A stretch of DNA of 64,000 nt from Vicugna vicugna (taxonomy: Eukaryota). Both the position numbers and the translations under genes were made by a program. Below the pieces are notes generated by a model. It searched no databases. It saw nothing but the letters and a program-made list of their open reading frames with translations, and was not told where the DNA came from. The stretch lies in contig MU058252.1 of the NCBI GenBank assembly GCA_013265495.1, positions 1,894,244 to 1,958,243 of the forward strand, given 5' to 3'. Below are positions 36,560 through 47,393 of this stretch, piece by piece; positions within the stretch are counted from its first letter, which is position 1, and every line of letters begins with the position of its first letter.

Positions 36560-37290
36560 CATTCAAAACGTTATTAGCTATTGTATATTTTAGAAAGATT
36601 ATGTTTACGTTCCCAAACAGTGAAGAGATGTGTTCACCCCTGTATCTTCGTCAATGTGGGATTTTGTCTTTTTGTTTTTAGATATTTGCAAATCAAATAG
36701 GCCAACTATTGCAATTTTCAGCCTTGCCACTAATAACATGATATGTTTATCCAGCATTTGTAATTCTAGGAAGCATCGCCCATCTGTGCTTTTTGCTCAC
36801 TTTCTTTGAAAATTCATCTTTTATTTCTTAATTGATTTATATGAAACATAGTACAGTGAATGGGGGGTTAGGGAAGGTAAACTAGATCGGCATTTGTGTT
36901 TAAGCTTGCTTATTGTAGTTCCTTCTCGACAGAAAGTTAAAACTTTTTTATGCTCAAATGTATTCATCTTTTTTAGTAGTTTCTGACTTTTTGTTTTGAG
37001 AGGAAGCTGGATTATTCAATTCAGACTCAATTATACAATCAAGATTGTACCTATATCATCAGTTTTCACACTCTGGTTCTATTTATTTTGCTTTTTAATA
37101 TTTGGCCCTCCCTTGCTTCATTTTTGTACAGAACAAGGTAGAAACAGAGATTTATATTTCTTTGTCAATGGCTAGCCAGTTTTTAAGCCTATTTATCAAT
37201 AATCTGTCTTTTTTCACCCCACTACTCAGAAAACTATCTTTGCCACATGCTAAATACCCTCATAGACCAGGGTCAAGCAGACGTAAGTTC
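36560..37290 (-). mobile_element. Ancient L1 (L1ME-class), decayed
   Basis: T-rich L1-antisense text (gtttacgttcccaaacagtg; tttgctcactttt; tcttaattgattt; ggctagccagtt). Confidence 0.6.
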
Positions 37291-37897
37291 TAGTGGTTCT
37301 TAAGAGATGAGTTTTGAGAGGACTGATGTTTACAGTAATGTCCCACCTAGTTAGGCATTTGAGATGCCGCCTCCAAATACCCTTAACTCCCAGTGACTTG
37401 TAGCGGGAGATGAGCAGCCCTGTCCTGCCGCACGTGGATGGTCCAGCGCCCCCTGTGGCGCTCACTGGGTGCCTGCCACGTGCTCAGCTCTGCCTTCGGA
37501 CGGTTGGACATGTCATCGTCTCCAGCAGGCACCATCCCCGGGTGTGCAGTGCTCACCTTCTCTTTAAGTTTCTTCTACATCAGAGTCTCCTCAGGTCCAA
37601 CAGCATCCACAGATGACCTTGAGTCCTGGTTTAACAGTTCCTAGCTTTCTGGTTTATGTTGCTTTCCTGTTCATGTGGAAATGCTCCTGGGATGTTCCAT
37701 CAGCTTCAGGGGTTAGATGGGAGAGTCAGCACCTCTTGACCACAGCACTGCCTGGGGGGAATGAAAAAGATGGAACGTCTTCTCATGGAAGAAGACTGAG
37801 TATTTCTCTCTTCGGGACACATTGCGGGGCTGGGATGGATTTCCGCCACTTGGATGCCTTAGTCACATTTTCTGAAAATTCTTTTGAGGTTTTTCTT

Positions 37898-38070
37898 TTT
37901 TTTTTTTTTAATTTTCTTTTTATTTTTATTGAAGTACAGTCAGCTACAATGTGTCAATTTCTGGTGCACAGCAGTGTCCCAGTCATGCATATACATACAG
38001 ATATTCGTTTTCATTTTAGTTACTACAAGATATTGAATATAGTTCCCTGTGCTGTACAGAAGAAATTTTT
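37898..38070 (-). mobile_element. Truncated L1 3'UTR with perfect 16-bp TSD
   Basis: ttttgaggtttttctt at 37882-37897 and 38071-38086, next to a canonical TT/AAAA-type endonuclease site. Confidence 0.92.
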
Positions 38071-38941
38071 TTTTGAGGTTTTTCTTAAAAAAAAAAAAGT
38101 CAGGGCTCTCCTCTGGGTGGTTTCTATCCTATCTTCACTGCGTGTCTGCTTGGAGATTTTGTTGAACTGCGAACTCCTGTGAAGCTTTTAGTAGTTTTAC
38201 CTGCGAGGGCATTATGCAGATGGCAAGCGATAAATAATGGATTAAAAGTCCTCTCCATTAATATTTATTAACCGAGGCACGCTGAGTATATGTGTTCTTG
38301 CCAGACCTAAGCAAGTGGAACTGGACAGCCGTCCCAGGCCGCTGGCTGTCACCGGGCTCCGCATTACTAATAACGTAATTACCGGCCAAGTTTTCCCCAA
38401 AGGAAAACTTAGCTGCTGGGATGGTCCACGTGAGTAGAAAGTGAGCAACTTCTCGGTAAGAAAACAAGCTGACTTGTTCCATTTACTTGTCTCCACCTCC
38501 TCCGGGCTCACCACTACACCCAGCTTATCACACAATTATCTACTGCCTTGCTTGATCCATCGGCTGTGTGTCAACGCTCCTTCAGGGACAGTTCAGCCTT
38601 GCTTTTCGGGCTTTTCACCATTGCCAAAATGCCCCCGAACAACAAGTCCAGCTCTGGAGTGACAGAGGGCCTCAATAATTAGGTGGAAGTGTGTATCAGT
38701 ATGTATTAGGGACATAAGTCAGCAGGCCAGCTCAGACTCAAGGGATGGGAAAGTGAATGTCCCTGCCTGATCAATGCATCAGAGGGTGTGGCCACAAAGT
38801 GGTTGCTTCCGTTTTGTAATCTACGACATGGTGCGGGTATATTTTTGTCAATGAATTAAGATCTATGAATTATATAGTCATCTAAAAGTCATCCCAGTGA
38901 CCACCTTTGATATAAGAAATGTTGATAGCAGAAGCGGAGAT

Positions 38942-39080
38942 GGGGGAGGGTCTAAGTCAGTGATAGGATGCAGGCTTAGCATGCCATGAGGTCATGGGTT
39001 TGATCCCTAGTACCTCTGTTCAATAAAAAATAATAACCATAAACAAATAAACCTAATTACTCCCCCTCCAAAAAAAACCA
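38942..39080 (+). mobile_element. tRNA-derived camelid SINE (vic-1-like), more diverged copy
   Basis: gggggagggtctaagtcagtgatagg..ttagcatgccatgaggtcatgggtttgatccctagtacc, the same aaacctaattactccccct tail, and TSD aagcggaga/aagtggaga. Confidence 0.88.
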
Positions 39081-39154
39081 AAGTGGAGACAACATGGCTC
39101 TCCCAGGGGTGCATCTGATAAAAGCAGGCCCTTTCCTGCCTTTTTCTACATTTT

Positions 39155-39978
39155 TTTAACATTTTTTATTGATTTATAATCATTTTACAATGTTGTGTCA
39201 AATTCCAGTGTTCAGCACATTTTTTCAGTCATTCATGGACATGTACACACTCATTGTCACATTTTTTTCTCTGTGAGTTATCATAACATTTTGTGTATAT
39301 TTCCCTGTGCTATACAGTGTAATCTTGTTTATCTATTCTACAATTTTGAAATCCCAGTCTATCCCTTCCCACCCTCTACCCCCCTGGTAACCACAGGTCT
39401 GTATTCTCTGTCCATGAGTCTATTTCTGTCCTGTATTTATGCTTTGTTTTTGTTTGTTTGTTTGTTTTTGTTTTTGTTTTTTAGATTCCACATATGAGCG
39501 ATCTCATATGGTATTTTTCATTCTCTTTCTGGCTTACTTCACTTAGAATGACATTCTCCAGGAGCATCCATGTTGCTGCAAATGGCATTATGTTGTCGGT
39601 TTTTATGGCTGAGTAGTATTCCATTGTATAAATATACCACATCTTCTTTATCCAGTCACCTGTTGATGGACATTTAGGTTGTTTCCATGTTTTGGATAAG
39701 TCTATTTTTAGTCTTTTGAGGAATTTCCACACTGTTTTCCATAGTGGCTGCACCAAACTGCATTCCCACCAGCAGTGTAGGAGGGTTCCCCTTTCTCCAC
39801 AGCCTCTCCAGCATTTGTCATTTGTGGATTTTTGAATGACGGCCATTCTGACTGGTGTGAGGTGATACCTCATTGTAGTTTTGATTTGCATTTCTCTGAT
39901 AATTAGTGATATTGAGCATTTTTTCATGTGCTTTTTGATCATTTGTATGTCTTCCTTGGAGAATTGCTTGTTTAGGTC
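39155..39978 (-). mobile_element. Young camelid L1 3' end with internal deletion
   Basis: ORF 39481-39942 (-) is the L1 ORF2 C-terminus; TSD ttctacatttt at 39144-39154 and 39979-39989. Confidence 0.95.
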
Positions 39979-40249
39979 TTCTACATTTTCAAGTAAAGAA
40001 CTCGTGGAAACAATGCCATCCTCTTAGAAGAATGATTTTTCCAGTCCTAGGAGGGCTGGGACCTGGGCAATTCTTACTTCAATCCTAGAGACTGGGCAGG
40101 GACGCCTGTGCAGCCAAGGATCTACAAAAGCGAGCACCAGTGACTCCCTGTAAGCAGATGGAAACTTGCCTGAGCTGTTTCCATGCCTTCAAACATCATA
40201 AAATGTATTTATTCTTAGAGGTTAGTGATATTGTAGGGGGAAAAATTAA

Positions 40250-40437
40250 GGGTTTCAGAACCGGCAGAATGAGATTTGAACCCTTGAACAGTTGACCGAT
40301 TCTGAGCTAGCTAATGAATTTCTCCCAGCCTCAGTTTTCTTATATGTAAAATGTGGGGATGACACTGGCGTTATTTTGAAGACGAAATATACAACATGAA
40401 CTATACCACTGGCACATATGAGGCATCAGTAAATGCC
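40250..40437 (+). mobile_element. MIR
   Basis: agatttgaaccc..agcctcagttttcttatatgtaaaatg..actggcacatatgaggcatcagtaaatg. Confidence 0.75.
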
Positions 40438-40456
40438 TAGTAACAGCAAATGTTCA

Positions 40457-40749
40457 AAACAGAAACAGATTCACAGACGTAGTAAACAAACTTACGGTTA
40501 CTGGAGAGAAAGAGGGTGGGGAGGGATAAATTGGGAGTTCGAGATTTGCAAATACTAACAACTATATATAAAATAGATAAAAAACAAATTTCTTCTGTAT
40601 AGCCCAGGGAATTATATTCAATATCTTGCAGTAACCTATAATGAAAAAGAATATGAAAATGAATATATGTATGTATATGTATGACAGAAACATTGTTCTG
40701 TGCACCAGAAATTGACACATTGTAACTGACTATACTTGAGTTAAAAAAC
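40457..40749 (+). mobile_element. Truncated L1 3'UTR with 14-bp TSD
   Basis: acagcaaatgttca (40443-40456) / acagtaaatgttca (40750-40763). Confidence 0.9.
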
Positions 40750-42130
40750 ACAGTAAATGTTCATTTTCAATCTTTTCTTTATTGACTTGAATTGTATTGT
40801 CTTTATCATGATTGTGAAGGTTTCACTTTTAATTTATCTTAGTGTTCAGGGGCAGGACTAGTGTTCCTTCATTCAACCTTTGAGGCAGGAGGGACCTCAA
40901 GGAGTCTCTGTAGCTCTGAACTAGTTCACTTTGGAGTCAGGTTGTCAATCATTCTGAAATACTCTACAGGTTGTCCTGAGCTGGTTTCTCCCCAGGCCTG
41001 GTATTTATCATTTGAGAACATCTCAACGTCATTTCTGGAACAGCTAGTTTTTACTAAGGATTTTTCATAGAAACCAGGCATAATCTCACTTTTTTTGTTG
41101 TAAAATAGAGAAATACTCCCAGATCTGGGTTATCTGGAGCTTTAATCAGTGGACACTGCAGGGCAGATGGTAATGTTGGTCTCTTTTGGGGTCAGGTATA
41201 AGCACAGGAGGAGGAAAAGTGACCTTCACAGTGACCTTCACATTATGATTTAAACATTTCCTGAAAAGCCTCATTTTGTCCCAATCCCTCCCTGACTGCC
41301 AGTTACTCAACTCACAAGCACAAGTCGCAGCCTTTATACCTGATTTCTCATACCCAAGAGCGAACCCCCACGTCTGTAGTCTCTACCCCCCACCCTCATT
41401 CTCCAGGTACCAGTGGGTGCGCACCTGACACACACCCGCTGCGGGGTCAGCTCTTCAAAAACCAGTCTCCCCACCTGCACTGCACCCCACGTCTCGAGAA
41501 GGCCGGCTTTGAGCTCCTTCTTGTTGGACTCTTAGCCCCTGACTCCTGCAGTCCAGTGCCTAGTTCAAAGCAGCTGCTCGAATTGTGTCCGTCGAAGAAA
41601 GTGATTGCTTGCAGGTCTTTTCATTAAAACACAAATACGTTCATTGATTGAGGAGGGAGTGTTCTAAATCCGTAGGTATTAACAAATCATTCCCATTCCA
41701 CCTCCTTCAAGGTATTTCTTATTTCAACTATATGGAATTGAGATAACAGATAGGAAGTTTTCTCTGATACATGAATAATTATCGTGGCCACAAATGATCT
41801 CCACATGGTGCTTATAAATTAACAGATGTCCACAACATTTTTCACTTTCACTGCTTTTGTGCGTTAGGACAGCTTACCAGTCAGTTTCTAATATCCACTG
41901 GGGCAAGACAAGTTTGCCCACTGTGGGACCAGTTTTGGTCTTGGGGGTAGCTCCTGCCCAAATCTGCCAGGAGAGAAGGGACCCGAAGAAAGGTCAGCTT
42001 AATTCCGCTTGTAGCTAAATGAGGGCTGAGGCATTTGGATTATAATTTGTATCTTCTCAATTATTTGCTTTCATGTCAGAAATTATTGAGGAACAGGTCG
42101 AACTTTTCGAAAGTTAAGTAAACTCTTACC

Positions 42131-42131
<1 letters not shown>

Positions 42132-42164
<33 letters not shown>
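42132..42164. repeat. (CA)n microsatellite
   Basis: Read directly. Confidence 0.95.
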
Positions 42165-42166
<2 letters not shown>

Positions 42167-42491
42167 AACTGTCTGCCCCACTATCTGTTTGCTTAGCACT
42201 CGTTTATACGATCCACAGGGGCACTAGAAACATGTGATATTAACGAGAAGGCTCCGAGCATAAAGTCAGCTTGTTTGGAGTCTGGTCCTGGCCCTGTGGT
42301 CCTTTAACTGTGTCATCTTTGGAAAGCCACGGGCTCTCGGCTTGCCCCTCTCTAACTTGCTGGAGCTGTGATGACCAAGGACTCTGGCTCTCCTTGTGTT
42401 TTACATTTCTGCATTCTTAGGAGGAGATGATATTAGGGAATAGTTTCAGATGAGCCAGCACCAGGGTTAGAGGCATAAAAAGAGCTTCCTC

Positions 42492-43214
42492 ATGGAGTGT
42501 GGAGAAAAGGGGCCCCTCCTACACTGTTGCTGGCAACGTAGTTTTGTGCAGCTACTATGGAGAAAGATATGGAGATTCCTTAAAAAACTAAGAACAGACT
42601 TACCATATGATCCAGCAAACTCACTCCTGGGCGTATATCCAGAGAAAACTCTAATACAAAAAGATACATGCACCCCAATGTTCACAGCAACACTATTTAC
42701 AATAGCCAAGACATGGAAGCAACCTAAATGTCCACTAACAGATGACTGGATAAAGAAGTTGTGGCATATATACACAATGGAATACTACTCAGCCATAAAA
42801 AAGAACGAAATGTCATTTGCAGCAATGTGGATGGACCTAGAGATTATTATGCTAAATGAAGTAAGTCAGACAGAGAAAGACAAATACCATATGATATCAT
42901 TTACATGTTAAATCTTTAAAAAAGGATACAAATGAACTTATTTACAACACAGAAACAGACTCACAGACATAGAAAATAAACTTCTGGTTACCAAAGAAGG
43001 AAGAGAGGAAGGGTTAAATTAGGAGTCTGGGATTAGCAGATACACACCACTATACACAAAATAGATGGACAACAAGGTCCTCCTGTAGAGCAATAGCTTA
43101 TAATAACCTATAATGAAAAAGAATATATCTATATATAGTATAACTGAATCACTTTGTGGTACACTGGAAACTACCACAACATTGTAAATCAACTATACTT
43201 CAATCAAAAAAAAA
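42492..43214 (+). mobile_element. L1 ORF2 C-terminus and 3'UTR
   Basis: ORF 42492-42911 contains [44 protein letters not shown]. Confidence 0.95.
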
Positions 43215-44619
43215 CCCAACTTCCTCTTAGAGATGCTAGGCTTAATCGGGATTGTTCACATAATTGTGGAGAAATAAAGCTTCCCCAGGTTTCTCAGGGC
43301 TCCTGTAAAACCTTCATCTCTTGAAACTCTTGAGTCTCCCTGTGAGTCTAACTCCCCAGTGAGTGAGATTTGTAGCCATTTGTGTAGTTAGTTACTCTGA
43401 TCCTAAAGGTAACAGAACTTCCCTTTCCTCTCCAGGAGAACCAAATGGTTACAGCCCAAATAGGTCCTGGGGTTAAACCCCACATGCCAGGAGTCTGAGG
43501 TATCTACCTCTTAGGTATTTAATCTCACAAGGCACAAAACCCAGACAACTGCAAGTTGGATATTTACACACCAAAGGGTTGGAATAAGGGCCACGTTTCC
43601 AAGGAGGGGCCACACTGCAGGAGGGGAGACAGCTGCTTCTGCCCCTGCATCTGTGTAGAAAAATAACATTTGCTCGCGCTTCATCTACTGGGGTCTGACC
43701 ATTCACGCAGGAAGGATTCCCAGCAGTTCTCACCGAGCAGCCCAGGGCAGGACAGGGCACGGTGGGGGCCGACACAGTTGTTACTTACTGCAAAGTGTTT
43801 CATAAGAAATCTGAGTTCAGAGCGCCTCGTTTGTGCATTCAGGATAAAATTAATATAAATGAAAGTTAAAAACCAAGCCAGAAGCAAAGGAACCAGCCTG
43901 CCAGCCAGAAGGCAGCCAGAGCCGTGCTGGCCGCACTTGGAGCCTTGTCAATATCACTTCCCTCCATCCCTTTCTGTTTCACCTGTCACAGCACTTGGCA
44001 CACAGCGGCTATGCTCATGCCCTGGGCTTGTCCTTCAGGCCCAGGCCACCTAAGAGTGAGTATCTGAACGACCAGAGGGGCCACAGGCAGAGTCAACACC
44101 TCCAGCGGCACCGCTTCCCGCCTGTAAAATGTCATGTATGGTTCTGATTCATACAACTGCACATATTCTACATGCGGACAGGTATCCTGAGCATCACTGG
44201 TTGCATCATGGGGTTGGTTCCTAGGGATCCTGAAGATCATAGTGTAGCACACATTTATCATCTTCCAGATTATTTCCAGACGACCTCCTTTGCTGAGTGC
44301 ACCCCTCCAAACACGTGCTTAGCCCATGGAAGTTGTGGTGGCACCACCTGCAGCAGCACATGAGACACCAAACTTTTCCTGGAACTCATGGAACCCATTC
44401 CCTTCTGAGCAGGGGGTCAGAGTGGACCTCTCACGGATGATGCCCACACAGGCATGGAGAAGTGTCTGTCCGCGCCAGTCAGGAAGCTCCCGGAAGATGG
44501 GGGTGGCTCACTGCAATCTAAATCATACCGCGATTTAAACCATACTAATCGGCTCTAAACACAGGAATGAAGAGGATTTCTATTCTTTTACCAGTGCCCC
44601 AGCCTCGGCTTCCAGGTAA

Positions 44620-45065
44620 AGATGTCTTCACATCACTTTCCTTAGGGAATTTCCCTCCTTAAAATCCTCTACAGGCTCTTTGCTTTTATGGTGTCAGGTA
44701 TTCAGTCCTCTTCTTGACTTTGATGCTCCTCCAATTGCCTCCAGCATCCTCCCTGCTCCTCCTGCCCCAGGGAGGGCTCTCCCTGGTCCTTCTCCACTTC
44801 CTCGGCAAGTCTCACTTGTCCAGCATGACCCGGCTCAAGTACCACATCTGCCCTTCCCTCACCAGTCCTCTTCAAAACCTCTATGCCTTTCCAACCTGCA
44901 CTGCAGAATTTAGTATTTAATTATATTGTGATTTAAATTATGTATTGTTGTTACATGCTATTAGTGGCAAGCCGAATCTGATACCACTGTGACCTCCTTA
45001 TGCCCCCTCTTCCATGATGCTTTACCCGCACTAAGCATTTAATTAATGCATGTCGAGTGGATGGT
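44620..45065 (+). mobile_element. L2 3' region, decayed
   Basis: ccttaaaatcctctac; ggctcaagtaccacatc; aagcatttaattaatgcatgtcgagtggatgg. Confidence 0.5.
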
Positions 45066-45884
45066 CAATTGATCGATAGTAAACACTTAACAAATCCTTG
45101 ACCTGATGTTTCACAAGCCTTAATAGCGTGCATTTTATTTAGACCGCTGTCAGTGCAGTGAGTGGGGCACTGGGTACATTGCCTTTGGAAAGATTGATAA
45201 AAGCCATGCTTTTCTTGATACCATTTTTCTCTCCTACATTGTATGGATGCCAACATCTATTTCGAAAATTGCAAAGGGATTTTTTATTATGTTTGTGAGC
45301 CTTCTATCAGTTCAGGGCATTGCACCTAAAACTGGTACCTGCATAAAACGTCAAAGGAAGAATAATTTCAAACCACATGAGATCTTATAAGCTGGGTAAA
45401 TTGCATATCATTATGACACTTGGAGATTTAGATCATTTATTTATAGTTTGTCTAATTTATCTTGAGAACAATTCCTTAGCATATAGTTTCAAATGTTTTT
45501 TTGTTGTTGTTATTCTTTTAACAGCCACTCTTCAATTCCATTTATTTCAAATCAGAAAATATTTCTAGGAGTTAGGCACAGAAATCGGAGTGGTCCCCAG
45601 ACGTTCACAGTAACAGGGGAGAAACGTCCCTGAGCTTGCACAGCGCACGCTGCAGTGCTCTAACGGGGCAGGAGCAAGGTGCCGGGGCAGGGGGGACACC
45701 TGCTCTGGCAGACGAATCGGCGCTTAGCGGTGCCTTCTCTGTAGGACCCAGGCTTTGCGGCTGGTAGGGCTCTATCCCCAGTTAACTGGCTGTTAAACAG
45801 CATTTCTGGAAAAAGCACGACAGGTAGAGAGCAAGGTGCTTTCTTTTCAAGTGTGGGTTCCTGATTAAAATTTGACGTTGGTAG

Positions 45885-46392
45885 TGAGACAGGAGGGAAC
45901 GGGGCAGGGCATGACCTTTGAAAGAGTGACACAGCCATTAGCACCAAGATGGCGGAAGAGTCAACTCCCAGTGGACCTTGAACTTCATTATACGCTCATT
46001 GTAACACGGTATCTGCTAAATGGCGCTCCCACAGGGGCCAGGACAGTTTCAAGGTTGGCCATCAAAGGTCAGAGGGTGGGTGGTGGCCCAGTTCCTGGGA
46101 ATCCCGGCCCCTTCCCCAAAGTAGCTGGAAAAATCCTCCCACTTGTTAGCACAGGAAGTTACCGGGCCCATAAAAACTAGCGACCTCGTGGCCGCTCCCC
46201 CTTCTGAGTCAGACAGCCCGCACTCTGTCTATGGAGAGTGTCTCTGAGTAAATCTACCTCCACTCTACTATGGCTCACTCTTGAACTCTTCCCTACGTGA
46301 AGACAAGGACCCTCGCTTGATGGGGTGTGTCCCAGGGATTCCTCCGGGACCTGGGACACAGCCATCCTCTCCCTCCCCATTTTCCTGTATCA
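45885..46392 (+). mobile_element. MER41-like ERV1 solo LTR
   Basis: TG..CA termini and flanks ggtag/ggtgg; MER41-like blocks cagttcctgggaat, aatcctcccacttgttagca, cataaaaa, ctctgtctatggag, ctcttgaactctt. Confidence 0.85.
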
Positions 46393-46910
46393 GGTGGGAA
46401 ATGCCTTAAGTAAAAAACACAGGCTTGTCACTGCACCAGAAAAGGACTTAAAATCTCCTAGGGTCTGTCACACTGTGGGCACAATACCTGGGAGGCCATC
46501 ACACTGGTGCAACACCCACGTAGGCCGGGAACTCTTCAGCTAGACGTGCGCAGGAGCTGTGCAGGGACGCGCAGCACAAGGGCACCGCGGGGAGGCCTCC
46601 TGCCCGTGCGCGCCCAGCACCCACCTGGTACCGCCCAGCTGTGTGCTTGGGCAGGTCGTAGGGTCACAGTTTGAAAACAGGGAGAGCTACACGGCGTGGG
46701 AGCCTGTGAGGCCACAGGGGAGGGGCAGGCACAGCTGTGGCAACCATCCCTGGTCTCCATCACCTCCTCCAGTCTCTCCGAGTGGAACAGCCAAGCAAAG
46801 CAGCTCCCTCTGTGACTCTGTGCCCTGCCCTCCAGTCTACCTTGTCAGCAGGAAAGGATGTGATGGAATCGCTTTAAAGTGAGGCCTGCGGGATCCTCCC
46901 AAGGTCAACA

Positions 46911-47393
46911 TGTAACAGGGAAGAACAAAGCTGACTCCATAGTGGATGTATTTCTTTTGTATTCTATTACTTTTGCTACAAGCTAAGAGTTTTGCCCAGA
47001 GCCTGAAATATACAGGAGAGCCTGTTCTCAAGCCTCTGACCCTTAAGTGTGTAACGCTTTTCCATTCATACAGAGGTAACAAGTTGCAGGACAGAGAATA
47101 ACATTTATCTTGGAGGTTTATAGGAACACCATGACCTGACCTACTTGGACAGCTGCAAGAATAAAGGATTCCAACACCAAAATGTTTGCAACAACCAACA
47201 ACACTCCCTCTCTTTTTAGTATAAAAGAAGCCTGAATTCTAACTCAGGGAAGATGGTTCTTTGGGACACTAGTCCACCATCTGCTCAGTCCGCTGGCTTC
47301 ATGAATAAAGTCACTATTCCTCACTCCAACAACTCATCTCTCAATTTATTAGCCTGTTGCATGGCTGGCAGTATGAGCTTGCACTGGGTAACA
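46911..47393 (+). mobile_element. Full-length ERV1 solo LTR
   Basis: tgtaaca..gtaaca termini, TATAAAA at 47220-47226, AATAAA at 47304-47309. Confidence 0.88.

Noticed and set aside
37445..37460. CTCF-like gcgccccctgtggc (also at about 5549-5562)
   Set aside because: One base short of the CTCF core spacing; cannot be supported without a PWM or ChIP data.
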